Shown here: positions 1 through 14,365 of the stretch, in pieces
Numbering within the stretch: the first letter of the stretch is position 1
Layout of the letters: every line of letters starts with the position of its first letter
Virus record (IMG/VR): IMGVR_UViG_3300045988_039227
Span: 41,364-105,363 of that record
Length of the DNA stretch: 64,000 nt
Source: a virus
Reading direction: 5' to 3' (one strand)
The notes under the pieces: generated by a model
Told to the model about the DNA's origin: nothing
Seen by the model: only the letters and a program-made list of their open reading frames with translations
Databases searched by the model: none
Made by a program: the position numbers and the translations under genes

Positions 1-3000
1 CTATACCAAGACTAACGGCTTTATCTACCTCAAGTTCGTACTGCTCCTAAAGTGTTAAAGCCATTATCTACTCTTGCTCTTCTCTAGACTTATCAAAGAA
101 CTGTTCATTAAGAGTCTTAAGCTATTCGTCAGGAGACATATTGCTTATTTCGTAGCGTTTAATCTAGCCGTCTTCATACACTCTAAGTGTCGTAAGTGAT
201 TTAAACTGAATACCACCAGGCTACTTTCCTTTCTTGCCGATGTGATAATTCATTATCTTGTCTTCATCATTAAGTACGGGTAAGCCCTTAGGGTTATCTA
301 CATGTAAACCAAGTTGTTCTCTACAATCAAGTATAGCTTCACGCTCTGTATAAGCATATTCGATAAACTGATTTAATACAGATTGATTAGGCTGCAAATA
401 GTAGTGAGAGCTATCTAAGAATATCATCTTTGGTGCACCGGATACAGTATAAGCACCATTGTCTAACTACCCGAACTACATTCCAGGGATATTTATACCA
501 CCAAGAACCATATATGTACCCTTATCGGCAAGGGTTGGGAATACACAATATCCATTCTGAAGCATTGCGAACTTATTAATATAATCTTCAGCTTCAGCAA
601 GATTGCTATATTTAGAACCATTGTCACCACGATTATCAGACTTGAAGCCAATAGGAGTATAAATACTAATATTGAAATCTTCTCCGTTCTGCAATTGCTT
701 TGCAACAATAGAACCCATGTTCACGCCATTATTATTCATAATGTTGTAACTAGACTACAAAATAGTCCTTACTACCATATTGTTCTTATCATGACTATTA
801 AGGTTCTCTGTAGTATTGCTAATACTATTGTTCTATGACTCGTTATACAGCTTAGTACCATCCATACCATTAGACATCTTATCTGTAGTAATCTTCATAT
901 AGGCTCCAGCCCAGTTACCTAATTCGCTAACAAAACCAGTCTTAAATATCTCGTCTACAGCCTTCTGTGTTGTATAACCATTTGTTTGTACGACTTTGCC
1001 GACTGCATCAATAAAACTATTAATATTAGATACACCAGTAGATGCAATCCACTTTTTAAGGGCTTCTCTACCAACGCCATTATACTTTGTAGATAACATA
1101 TGATCGAGCATTTCTTTTGTAAAGTTTATACCAAGCATATTAAACTCTTTGCATATATCATCTTTAAGTACCTCGATATCACTATTAGATGCTGCGCTTC
1201 TAATCCTTCCGTTTATCTTAAATTCACTAGCAGAATCATTAAGTATCTACGATTGTAAATCAGAGAAGAACTGAGATATAAATCTAAATGCGTTTCTTGC
1301 TACAGTCGTAGGCATATCTACCTAAGTATTCTTTGTGTTATACTTTGTAGAAAGAAGCAATTGTCCATTCTACCCAACATACCTCTACAATAAGCCAGAT
1401 TGACCAGAAGATAAGAACGAGTTCCAAAGCTTAGGGTACATTCTGGCATCTCTGTCGAAGTTTGCATCAGATATTTTGACTTCAACACCTCCGTTCTTAT
1501 TACGTATAGACCTACCAATAATAAAGTTGTGTTCATGGCCCTTTATAGCTGTAAAGATTTGTATCATAAACGCTTCTTTATCGAAGTCTATCTTTTCAAG
1601 CTAATTATCGTCGTTGAATGTATAGATAGAATTGTATAGATCGCTATACTTCTAATAGATTGCCATATACATAGGGTTCTGCGTAGATAACTCCTGCAGT
1701 CTATTTAATAAGTCTAAAGGAGTTTTAACATCATGTAACTTGCTAACAACTACATTAAATACCTGCTTAATAGGCATAAATGTAGGAACGCCATATATGT
1801 TCTTAGATGTATCAAGAGCAAGTTTACCGTTATCATCAAACTTATAGTAAGGTATTGTAGCAAAGAACATCTTCACTGGCTTACTTACAGAATCAAGCTT
1901 ATTGAACTCAAATGCGGACTTATCGTATCTTTCGATAGACTTTCCATAATCATTCTCTTCCTGGTCACTTGTCTCAGAATCGTCATCATGCTGATATTTG
2001 CCGTCATAGGCATCCATTATTTCGGTAAGATACTTCTATACTTCTTTTGATATAGCTGAGAAGTTAGGGAATACAACATCACCTTTATCATTTAATTCTG
2101 CGTAAAACACTTCTCTAAATGCTTGCTGTGTAGGAGTAACTGAATCAACAGACATATACTATCCATTCAGAACGGGCTTAACAGAACCTGGCTCGCCAAT
2201 AAGGTTGTTTATAACCTTCATTGGTATATATTTAATAGGAAGTTCTGAAGAGCTGTGTACTGCATCATATATATCAGTAGCATCTTTAGCAGACTTTACT
2301 ATAATATATCCAAGAGCTCTAGCCATATGTTCCTTCTCAGCGGCAGAGCCTATATGATCGAATTTGCGTCCATTTATTTCATAATGCAAGTCTTCGCCAA
2401 ACAGCTTTTTAAATCTATCTTGCTGTTCTTTGCTTACCTATTTATCTGCATATTTTCCAGACTTAATATCGTTGAACAAAGTAAGAACCGTTTTAGCATT
2501 GTTTCTGTAATGCCACAAGATACTTAATCTGTTAGCTACTTTCTTTATATTCCTCTTAATCCAGCCTTGTTTCTTTATAGCATTAGCGTCTTTTGTGCCG
2601 AGCATATAATCGACGAATAAATCAGCCAATCCCTCAGCTACATCTCTTTCTGTAGCAGCTTCTGGATGAGCTTTTCTGTATGCAGAATACATCTATTCTC
2701 TTACAGATGGCTCTACAAGTAATTCTAATGCCCTATGGAATCCTTCATGGAAGCCAATAGTATAAGGAACTGAATTAGACATCTAGATAACAGCATCTGT
2801 ACACCTAGCAAGTACTGCGCTATTCTTTTTATAAGCTACATCTGATAACCTTTCGCTTTCTACCCACTATGGAGTAATACCTGTTGTCTTTCTGACCCAT
2901 TCATCAACGGCACTAGCAAATGATGGCTTTTGTTTCTAGCCTTCAAACTCTGATAAATCTTGTTCATAGAACAAAGACATAAATGTGTCTTCGGCCTACT

Positions 3001-6000
3001 TTTGCTGCTATTGAATATCTTGTTTAGCAACTGTTTTAGATGCTTGCTGAGCGCTTCCATTTGGATGATTTTGTACAAGCTCTACATTATCTACGTATAC
3101 TGTAGGAGGATCAAGTTTAGCTGCATATGACATTAAATAACCATTGCGCAGCATATAACCAAGACCGGTAGTACCTTTGCCATCATGAGTAAAGTCTTCT
3201 CTTGTAAACGTAAGACCATTTGGAAGTTCTACTTTATCAAGGTTAGGATTTGATGCATATTGCGCATTAAGCTTAGCTAATACACTATTATGTGATGACT
3301 ATATATATTGCTGCATATTCTACTGAACAAATGCAGCATCTTTTGTCATATACATATTACACAGAGCATTGTAGATATTAGCGTAGTCTACACTAGGATT
3401 TTGCGTAGGGTAAATAACATTACCTATTATAACTCTCTTATTAGCCGGATCTAATGTAACAAGACCTTCTATTGAGTTATATTTCTCATTTAATACTTTA
3501 TTGTCAGCCTTAATATAAAGAACCTGCTTAAGTAAATCGTCTATAGAATATCCTTGATACTCATTTAAACCTTGATAACATTTATACCATATAAGGTCTG
3601 CAATCTTATTAGCCTAACCACCTTGACCAGCAGTAAATTTAGGCTGTATTAACGGCGTACCAATACATCTATTATCTACAGCTTTCTCAGTCTGACCAGT
3701 ATCATAGAAGTATACAATATTACCAGATTGTGTTATAGCTGTACGTTTTATATATTCTAGATCAAATCCACTAATTAAAGTTGATAATTCTGGGCCACCA
3801 TATACCATCTTCGTTACGTCACCAGTGTTTACGTTTTGTGTAGCCTTAAGGAAACCTATTCTGTTACCAGCGTCGCATGTAATATTGTACAAATCATGCT
3901 AATTAAGCGTTCCTGCGAACAAGAATTTACTTACAGGCTATAATTCACTACCGTTCTTAATTGAACCCTTAGAACGGCTTAATTTCATGCTTATATGGTA
4001 TCCTGGATGTGTTTTCATAAAGTCGAGCATATACTTAACTTTCTATACAAACACAGCATCTGCAGCTTTCTTTCTAGCAAAATATACCGGATCAACACCC
4101 CTTGGACCAGCGTCATTACCCTGGTCGAATGTCATAAAGATTGTTCTGCCTTTAGAATCTGTAAGCTTAAGCTATACTTCATTATTTCTCCACACAAGCT
4201 CAGCATTACCAGATTTTCCAGAAGCATCTGGGTAAATCAAATGCGGATCAAGCGCTATAGAGAAGTAATGCGGGTCAAGTTTAGCCCTAAATGCAGGGAA
4301 ATGTTTAGTAGTATCACTATACAGCTCTCTCCATTGATCGTCAATCATATTGATACTCTACGCGCTGTTTGTATCAAGTATATCGTCAACATTTGGATCT
4401 ACAGGGAATCTCTGGTTATATTCTCTAATGAAGTCTTCTGCATCATAAATAGTATCAGTAAGCGCATTATCAAGAGCTGTATTTGTTTTCTATACATTCT
4501 TTGTATTATCAGTCAAGAACTTAAGCTAATTATTTATAACCGTACTCCAGAATCTTTGCAAACTCTTGTTGCCAACAAGGCTATTCATAAACTCGCCATC
4601 AAATGTAGCAAGGAATGACTTAATCTTGTTAAAATAAGTAAAGCTAGGATTACCAATATTAGATGAAAATTGAGTCTGCCACATTTGTAAGGCCTTATTT
4701 GCAGCGTCTCCGTACATCATCCTATTGTCTACTAGCTTATTAATAGCTGCTGCTATAAGCTTCTGCTCTGGAAGGGTATCGCCAACTTCAAACTAATCGC
4801 TACCGTAGAATTGGTCAAGAGCTGTCTAGGCATCATATATTGAGTAAATAAGCTCATTAACTTGAGCTCGTTCGTCTGCTGTTGTAATATTAAGGTTTGT
4901 AATAGAACTTAACAGCGTATCAAGTTTCTTGCAGATTTCATGAATAGTATCAAGACCCGCCTAATATTGTTCATCTACAATAACGTGATCAAACGCATCT
5001 TCTGGGTAGAATCCAGGTACAGTATTCTCGTGCTATTTAGGCTACATGAGCTAATTTAAGCGCATCTGAGCGTCTTCTTTTAAGCTCTGGATAGATTCTA
5101 TAGCTGAGTAAAGATCTCTCATCTGAAGTAATAATTCGTCCTTATTTGAGCCTTCTTTAAATATATCGTAAGATGGTACAGTTTTATGTTCGCCACCAGC
5201 TTCAGCAATACTATCGTATATACTTTGCAAATCAGACATAAGATCGTTTACTTTATTCTGCAAAGGTCTGACAACTTCGTTAGAAATATCTTCATTAGAT
5301 TTATTGTAATATGGTGTTACAGGCTTGTTGAAATCAAGCATTTCTACTTTAAATACAGGTTCTGCTACAATTCCACTCGCTGTTCTATCATAGTAGAATG
5401 GCATTACGTATGTGCCTTCAATATTAGAACCAAATGTATCGTAAAGTACCTAATTTAATCTTTGAAGCTATCTCTATTCCTACTGGATCATTGTTTCTTT
5501 AGCTCGACTATTGGACTTCTAATTACCAAGCATTCTGGTTTTTATGTCTGGTTTAAATGAAGATCTAACATCTATAACAAGAAGCTATCCATCATTATCA
5601 ACAAGTACAATATCAGCCTATGATTGTATAGCTCTGCCTTTGTCATCATAGCCATAAATAGGAATGTCTGTATCAAGTACTCTATACTGACCGCCGTTGA
5701 GCATTCTGTCTCTAACAGACTTAACATACTGCTTAGCATCTTCTAGTCCATTCGGATTATCTAACAGCGTGTCGGCAAAACTATCGTCATTTCCTAACAT
5801 TATAGCCTATGCTAGTTCCCTAATAGTTTCTCCATCCCTTATAGACTGAGAATTAAAATAAGCTGTATCTATTGATGCTAAATAATGAGCAAATCCCTAT
5901 AATAATTCCCCTTTATTTGGCTGAGAAAATATTGTGTCAATTATATCAGAATAATCTTGATCTCCGAATCTATCTGTATTATCTGCAAGATATCCAAGTA

Positions 6001-9000
6001 TCTACTATTTGTCAGAGATGTTTATATTTTCCTCAATTTCTGGATAATGAGACTGATATTCAAGTCTGTCTATCTCGTCTATATTTTCAAATACATGTAG
6101 ATTATTATTATCGTCGTACGCTATTGTTGTATGGAAACAATGTACAATAGCTCTGTTCTATTGACGCTTTAAAGCCTTTCTGTATCCATCGAATGATGTA
6201 TCTTGAGAGGCATGTGTGGCAACTTGTGCTCCATAAGATTGTACATCCATAGGAGTATTCATATTCTCCTTTTCTTTACGTGTTGATGTAAGGTAATGGC
6301 GAATATACATTGCTTTTGCTAAAGCTAATACTGAAGGTCCGCCGTCCTAACCAGTCTCTTCTTGAAGAATAGTTTTTATATCATTGTAGAGCTATTCAAA
6401 CTTATAGAAACCAACCTTAGCGTTCTCCATAAGACCATCGAATGACTACATTGCAAGTTCATCAAATCCAAGTAAAAATGATACTCTTGCTTTATTGCGC
6501 CTAGCTTTGCGCTTCTTTCTATAATGCTCTCTAGCCTTATCTCTACGACGTTTATATTCTTCTGCGTGTTTCTAAAGCTCCTCTGTAGTAGCTATATGCT
6601 TTTGCTAAGTTTCTGTTGGGTCTACAGCTTGCTTAGCTTGAGTATTAATGTCTTTTATATCTTCCTATGCAGCTTTAAGTATATCATTCTAGTAATCCTC
6701 TGTAAGCTTTGTTACAGCGTCTCCAGAATATATATCGGATAACATCCAGTCTATATTTTCATTCTGTTTGTTTGCATCGATAATCTTTGTGATACGCTCG
6801 TTAAGCTTACTCTTTGACCCGTCTTTAGCCGCAGCTCTAGTATGTTCTTCTGGCTTATATTTATCACCGAGCTTCTGCTTTAACTCAGCCTGCTTTCTCT
6901 GATACCTAAGCTCATCTGGATTATACTCAAGATTACCATTATCATCACGTGTAACGCCTTCTGTGTGAATTGATAATGTAGAGTTAAGTAAGGATTCGTT
7001 AGCTGTATACATAGCTCTAGCTTGTTCGAGCTCCTGGATCTCGTTATCATTAAATCCAACAGACTCGCTAAAATTGTTCAAGAATTGTAATGTCTATTCG
7101 TCTGTAGACTTCTCGTCGAAATTCTTATAAGCTTTAGCTAAACTTTGCTTTGCGCGAGCAATTTGTTTATCTATATTAGCAGACAACAACTTAGCGTCAG
7201 GTCTAACGGTCTTTAATCCAAGCTTATCGTGAGCAAACTTAAATATGTCATCAATAGAATTCATCTTTGCTTTAAGTGTAAGCAATGCTTTCATTCTATT
7301 GTGAGCTTCAGAATTTCTCTGGAAGTTATTTATATGTCTATCGTGCTCTTCTTTCTATGAGCGCTCAACAAACTTTTCGCCATATTCGTTTGCTTCATCT
7401 TTGATAGATTCTTTGTATTCTACTACAGATTTTTCTACTTCCTCTTGAGGCAAAGCTGCTGTATCAAGAGACTTCTTGTACTCATCCACCTTTCTGTTAA
7501 CATAAGACTCGATTGCCTTAGTCTTTGCTGTAGCTGCATTTATAGCAGTTAGCATAGGATCTCTTGACTATTCCTATCTATTTACAGCCTGTTCTACCTG
7601 ATTTTGATAACCTTGCTGTCCGTAAATCTACTGAAGTCTAGCCTCGGCTTCCTACTAAGCTTTTCTGTTAGCAGTTAACTATTGCTCGATGTTAGCCCTA
7701 TCAGCTATAGCTACATTGTATTGTTCTGTACCTTTACTGATACCTTTAAGACGATATTGCTGTTCAGTCTACTTATTGTTTACGAGAGCAGAAATACGCT
7801 CCACATTAGACTGTAAATCATTCCAATACTGTTCACCAAAACGTGGTCTCTCTCGCTTCAAATCAGCCTCTCTGAGCTACTATATTTCTGTAGTCAGCTA
7901 ATTATACCTTCCCTTAGAGATCTGGTCTGAAATAACAGCATTACTAGCTCTATTCATCTTTCCTTGTTCTCTATCAAGAAGCGCACTGTGCATTATAGCG
8001 TCTTTTACTTGTACGGTGTTCTTAATGTCATTAACGGCATGATAGATGTTCATGGCTACCATAGGATGCATACCACCCATAGCAAAACCACCTCGCCAGT
8101 TTGACAACATCTCCATATCGTTATAAAGTTCAGATTCGCCAAGACCAAACATACCTTTATAGAAGTCTGATACCTCTTTGCTATGAGCCATATCCTGGAA
8201 TGCAAGACTGAGCAAATCAGCTGATCCGTATCCATATGTCTTAGCAAACTCTTCAGCAGCATTAGCATTCAACTGCTGTACAATTTCTTCATTTCCTTCA
8301 GACGCTCTATCTATAATACCTTTTCTAACCGTATTGATACCGTATTTGTTAAGCATTTTGAGAGCAGTAACTGTATTAGGATTCTTTACGGCTGCTTTCA
8401 GTAGTTTTCTCTTCAGCGTTTTAGCTCCAACCATAGTTGCTAATGCTTCAGCCTTCTTCGCTATAGCCTCACTAGCCATAACTCCTGCGTCTTTTAGAGC
8501 TTGCGGCATGACTTCTTTTGCAAGCCCCTTTACTCCCCTAGCAACTTCTCCTGCGGCAGCACCAACTCCAGCGCCAACATAATGTCCAAGAACACCACCA
8601 CCAAGTACATCCATTGTTGTTGAGCCAATCTTTGCACCAGTTTTGCCAGCTGCACTTGTAAGAGAGTTAACATACTGTCCAGCCTGTGCAAATTTACTTT
8701 CAACAGCTCCGTTTAATCCCGCGAGAGCATAGTCTGTACCAATAACCAATCTTCCAGCTTTACTAGTGGCAAGCTTTGCCCCAAGTTTTGTTGTAGGAAG
8801 TTTATAGATGGCTTGTCTATAAAGACTTGATAGACTATTGCCTGGCTATACATATGATATAACGTTTTGAACAACTTCTGTACCCATCGTTCTAGCGTTA
8901 TCTACCATAAATTGCTATTCAAGACCTTTTGTTGTACCGAGTTTAGCTTTAGATAAACGTGGATCATTACTCTTTGTAACGCCCATTAGGTAATCACTAA

Positions 9001-10585
9001 GAACTTTTTCCTTACCTTGCTGTGTATTAAGATTATATCTATCCTCGGCATCTTTCTTAGACATACCATTCTACATTGCAAATTTTACAGACTGCTTTTG
9101 CAAATCTTTATACGATGCAGAAATACCTTGTGCTTTACCGGAAGCTTCCTACGCTTCGTATTTATTAAGATTCTATTGATAGTTCTAGGTCCAACGTTGA
9201 GCAATTTCAGCGTAGTTCTCATCTTCTGCACCTTGCAGATTAAATGGAAGTGCAGCTGCATTAGCAGCGTTGTACAAAGCAAAACCAGCTTCTGGATGTC
9301 CGGCTGCTCCCAAAGCAAAAGAACCGACAGTACCAGCAGTTGTTATAAGATTACCAATATTACCTGTGTCTGAAGACCAAGAAGAACCCATCTGTTGAGG
9401 CAAATTCCACAACCAATAATCAGGTGTTAATAGATCATCATTAGCATGTATATTTGCAAGATTCTCAGCATGTTTACTAACGTTCCAGAACTTCTTCCAC
9501 TTAGACGCTCTACGCATCTAATCGTCAAGAGTTTCTTTGTAATCCTTAAGATCTTGCTAACGCTTAGCTTTAAATTGATTTGCTTCTATTTCTTTTTGAT
9601 CCAAACTCATTCCTTGATGAGCCTTTTCAAATCTATTGGATAGCTACTTATTATAGTTATCAAGCCAATCCCTAGCCATCTACTCTTTGGATCTACCTGT
9701 GCCGTCAAACATATCATTTGTGACAGCAAATGCCTTAGTCATAGCAGCCTGAAATCCTTCCCACATAGATGTATGATCTTTCATCCATGTAGCCTTGTAT
9801 GCATCGGCGAGTTCATTTAAATCTTTGTCTTGCAGCTAATCGTATGTTGACAAGATTTCTTTACCAAGTAAATACGTATCTTTCCACGCATCTCCTTTAA
9901 CCTAAGCTTTAGGATTAGCTTTAAGGTAATTCCATTGGTCTTCCTTTGATTTAAGATCTCTTTTAAGTCGCTCCCTTTTGGACCATGCATCAGCTTTTGC
10001 CTAGTCTGTCTAAGCTAAAGCGATTTTACCCTTTGTGCTTTCAATTCCAAGATCGCTAGACTGATTTGAAAACAAACCAATTCTCTAGCCAATCTTCCAT
10101 AACGTGAATTGAAAACTATCTTTTCCAAGTTCGTTTATACCGCCAATATCAGAGCCAACAGAATTTTTGTAGATATCAGTCTTTTTAAAGTCTTCAAACA
10201 GCTTATCTTCCTCAAGCTATGTTTGCTTCTCTTTCTCTGCGTCAGAAAGTATACCTTCCGAGTCATCTTGGGCATCAATCTTTTGTCTGTTTGATCTTTC
10301 TTGTTGCTTGTATAAGCTGTCAATATGTTTATTCCAGTCATATTCAGCTATAGCATTTTTCTATCTCTGAATAGATTTTTGACTAGGCTTATACCAATCC
10401 CCGTGCGGCATTATATCAGACTCTAATCTAGAACCAGATTGTCTTGATATGTAACTTGGTACATTAGCCTAAGTCCTTTTATTAGGAACGGATTGGCGTT
10501 GATTTGGTAGCGTTATACCAAATCTTTTAGCCTATCCTCTAAAATAGTCCTCTGCTGGGGACTTAAGTAAATTGTAATTTGCCAT
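1..10585 (-). CDS. giant virion-associated protein, first >=3528 codons (3' end runs off the left edge of the window)
   Basis: The ATG is at 10585..10583. I read every codon of this frame (plus-strand triplets starting at positions = 2 mod 3) down to position 2. There is no TAA or TGA, and about 90 in-frame TAG by hand count. The 16 track ORFs from 221..427 to 9185..9517 all lie in this frame, and every 3' end I checked is TAG. Gly/Ala-rich hydrophobic stretches occur near the N-terminus (track ORFs 7898..8749 and 9185..9517). Function is not recognisable by eye. Its size and its position after the tail genes resemble the giant ejected/cargo or virion-RNAP proteins of crAss-like phages (inference). 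Confidence 0.8.
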
Positions 10586-10592
10586 AATTTAA

Positions 10593-12047
10593 TTAATTTG
10601 CTTTGTTAGGTGCTTTTCCTATATATCCAGGTTTGACTTCAACCCAGATTGTTTGTCCAACTGCTCCAGCTGATTGATTATTATTTACAGATACAACGTT
10701 AGCCTTGATATAATACCTACCAAGTTTCTTGTTATATGTAGGACCAGATGTTACTGTTGCAGTAATCTTCCTTCCAGGTGTTCTATAGAGTCCAAAGTTA
10801 ACTCTCTTTGATCTACCTTCATTTAACTATCTAAACGCTCCAGACTTGGCTATATATTGTCCGTCATTAACGGTAATAATCTATTGTTTAGTAGATTGTG
10901 TCTATTTATTATCGCTATCACCCTGCGATCGAGACTATGTATATTCATTCCATTGAGCATCTGGGTCTGCAAGTGTTACACCGTTAGCTCTAAGGTCATC
11001 TATTGATGTTGATACTGGAGTATAAGGCTACTCTCTAGCTGTATCAAATATAGTCTTATAATTACTTCCGGAGGAACTGTGATCCGGAATACCATTTGCA
11101 GCTCTTTTTACATCATCTGCGTATTTGTAATCCAAAATAGCCTTTTGATTAGCGAGGTCTCTAGCAGATTTCTTTGCATCAAGCTAATCAGCAAGTATAT
11201 TCTAATAGTTGAGTAAAGAATATTTATTAGGATCCCATGCTATATTCTTCTTTCCTTCCCAAAGTTGCGCAACAGTACTCTACAATTGCTGTTTAACCTA
11301 ATCGTCTGTAGGATTAGTTACACCAGCCTACTGTAACTGCTATTTGGCTTTATCGTAATAATATTCGCCTGCTGCTGTAGACATAACAGACGGGATTGCC
11401 TTGCCGGCTGTATCCATGATCATCTAATCTGTAATACCAGTGTAATCATTCTTTGGATCATACTTATATCCCATAGCCTCAACTTGTTTCTATGTAAGAT
11501 TACTAGGTTTGAGTATACTATAAGGAATCTTTGTAAGATCTTCTAGTGTGTCCATCTTCGTTGGAGCTAATGTATTCCAACTTTGTGTATATGGGTCAAA
11601 CTTATCATAATCTAACCCATACTTCTACATTTGCCAACCAAGCTAATCCTATGTAAGTTTTCCTTCAGCAACCATAGAAGCAGCTGCTTTCTAAAATGTC
11701 TTCATATTGTCAGCGTCAGCTTTCCATTTAGAGATCTTATCATAAGGTGTCTCTCTAATGATCTTGGCTATATAAGCTCTACCTTCTGCAGATCTAAGTG
11801 GGTCTATACCGTTCTAATACAAGTAATTAAGACCAGCGTTAACCCTGCCCTTTGTCTAATCATAGTAAGCTTTATTTAAACTAGCGCTTGGGCTATATAG
11901 GTCTCCGAATTCCTTAGCAAACTCCTTCTATTCTTGTACAGCCTAATTATATTGTTCTCTTGCAGCACTAATGTACTACGACATCATACTGCTATCCAGT
12001 AGGTCTATAATAGGGACCGCTACTGGTTCATCATACATTCCTATCAT
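10593..12047 (-). CDS. hypothetical virion protein (484 aa with TAG as sense)
   Basis: Frame 0 mod 3 was checked codon by codon. The ATG at 12047..12045 overlaps the upstream stop as TAATG; an alternative ATG is at 12038. There are about 22 in-frame TAG, and the first TAA is at 10593..10595. TAG sits in Gln-rich contexts, e.g. AAA-TAG-CAG-TTA-CAG-TAG-GCT. TAG density leaves no track ORF of >=60 aa here. Confidence 0.75.
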
Positions 12048-13648
12048 TATCTCAATCTTAAGCTAGTTATATTGTATGGGTTGTAATCAAATATACCTCC
12101 AGCCCATGTTGGTAAGAATAATCCATTAGGACCAAATCCGCCAGTATAATCGCTAGAGAAATTAATTCTCTCATACGGCGTACCAAATGCGCCTCTCTAG
12201 TATTGCTCTTTAGATTTAGCCCAATTTCTTGTATACTTTGCAGAATCGGCAACTTTATCTGGATCTATGTACCAATACTTTCCATATGGTGCCTTTAAAT
12301 TATTTAAAGAATAATCATCATATTTTAAATCAAGCACACCTCTATTTATTCCTGTGTCCTAATTTGGTACATTAGGTGATCCAGAAAACAACTAATACTT
12401 ACCAGGAGTCCAACCTGGAGCTATGTTTTTATAATTAATAGAGGTTGATCCAGGTGTATTGTCTGCTTTGTTTGTAGATCCGCCCTTTATACCATCTGCA
12501 CCTATACCGTATATTGCTTTTAAAGCAGCATTCTTATTATCTATATCCTATTGATACATATCAAGAATATCGCCATACTGCTTGTTTTTAATACGCTGAG
12601 ACAGCCATTTCTGACCAATAAGACCAAGGTTAGACAAGTGTGTTTCAATACCCTTAGTCTTAGCGCCGTGTGCTCTATTATAAGCCTCCCATCCATATTG
12701 GTTAGACTGCTGTAATCTCTATGCGTCACTATCACCAAGTCTAGCAGCCATTTCGGCATAAGCGTTTCTATATGCAGCGTTCTTCTCCTGCACATTCATT
12801 AGCGCATCTGCAACGTTTCTCTAATTACCCAAAGCTAAGGCTACTCTATTAGCCTATCTTTGACCACCTGTATAACCACCAGAATTAGCGAGCTAATAAG
12901 CAGCCTATCTATCTTGAGCGTACAGCTTTTCAAGAATAGGATTAGCTGATACTCTATTACCAGCCATAGTCTGTAAAGCTATTGGCGCGTATTTATTAGC
13001 TGCATATATATTTGGCATTACAGGATTTTCTCTACGCCAATGATTAAGCATCTGTGTTTCAAGCAGCGCTGGGAATGCATATCCTGCATCAAGCATAAGA
13101 TTTGACACCTTTCCTTTACCTGATTTAGACCAACTCGAAATAGCCTATTTTGTTTTATCCCATAAGCTTTTGCCATTATCAAATCTATCTTTGCCACAAT
13201 TATGCTTAATCTGAGCTGCATAATCCTCGATCTAATGCTACTTCTCTTGTCTATCTGTAATATTCTTCATAGCCTACAAAATAGGGGCTTTAGCGCGATC
13301 CAGCTGATTCTTCTAAAGTTCCATCGTCTATTTTGATAAAGAGCTAAGTTCGGATTTCTTTCCAGCTCTTTTCTCAATGTTGTTATACATCTAAAGCTTT
13401 GCTGTTAATGGGGCTATTTGATCAGAAAATTTCATACCGTTGCTCCAGTCTACATCATTACCAGCTATAACATTATTATCGTTTACACTAACAGAGCTAG
13501 GCTAATTATCAACTCCAACCTTTCCTTTGGTTACAAGAGTTCCTGTGCCATTAGTATAATCTATAATGGACTCCCCTTTGCCAACTAAACTATTTACAGG
13601 ACCACTCTAATATCCATTAGGTGTCCATACTTTATTTCCTTTTAACAT
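12047..13648 (-). CDS. hypothetical virion protein (533 aa)
   Basis: Frame 2 mod 3 was checked codon by codon. ATG at 13648, about 18 in-frame TAG, first TAA at 12047..12049. It contains track ORF 12905..13108. Confidence 0.75.
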
Positions 13649-14342
13649 ATCTTGGTTTTATTAAATCTTTTCCTCGGTTGGCGTATAATACATCATCATA
13701 CGTGTTACCATTATCTAAATAATATTGCTATGTAAGACCTTCTGTTGCAGCTGATGATTGATTAACCTAGTTAACAAGATTAACTTTCTATTGCGCATTA
13801 AATATTTTTCTACGCTGTCTTTCTCTAGCTTTCTTACTTCCAAACAGACCTCCGAATAATCCTGTGATGGCTCCAACCGCTCCACCTATAACAGTTCCAA
13901 GTCCAGGGAAACAGGAACCTATAGCAGCTCCTGCAGCAGCTCCAGATCCAACCATGCCTAACGTTGCGTTTCTGTTTGACTTGGATATATCTTCCATTGC
14001 TTTCTGTCTGTTAATATCATTCTACGCTTGGTAGTTTACACCAAATGCCTAGTCTGTTCTTTGTCCAGAGTAAGCCATAAGTTCATTTGATCCCTTTACT
14101 GCGTCCTACATGGAATTATATCCCTGTATCATTCCTATTGTGCCATTAACAGCTCCTGTTACTGCACCAGCGCTTATTCCGCCTCCTCCGAAATTTGTAC
14201 TGCTAGGAATTTTCATTCCATTTATTTCTTTAATTGTTGGTAAAGATGTCAGCTATTGCTTATACGTATTAATTCCAGATATATCACCACCAATACTCTT
14301 TACACTACTTGATAAGTCTATACCATTATTGTATTTTGGCAT
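13632..14342 (-). CDS. small Gly-rich membrane-type virion protein (236 aa)
   Basis: Frame 0. ATG at 14342 (an upstream in-frame ATG at 14375 is possible), several TAG, TAA at 13632..13634 overlapping the next gene's start. It contains track ORF 13788..13997, which has a glycine-zipper-like GSGAAAGAAIGSCFPGLGTVIGGAVGAITGLFGGLFG segment. Confidence 0.7.
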
Positions 14343-14365
14343 ATTATTTATCTTCTTTCTCTATT

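Noticed and set aside
3995-4618. A 207-aa plus-strand ORF, and similar plus-strand ORFs inside 1..57000 (e.g. 9017..9373, 15245..15622, 32862..33242, 33582..34031, 51620..52165).
   Set aside because: All are antisense to continuous minus-strand genes and have hydrophobic or Cys-rich junk-like composition typical of AT-rich antisense frames.
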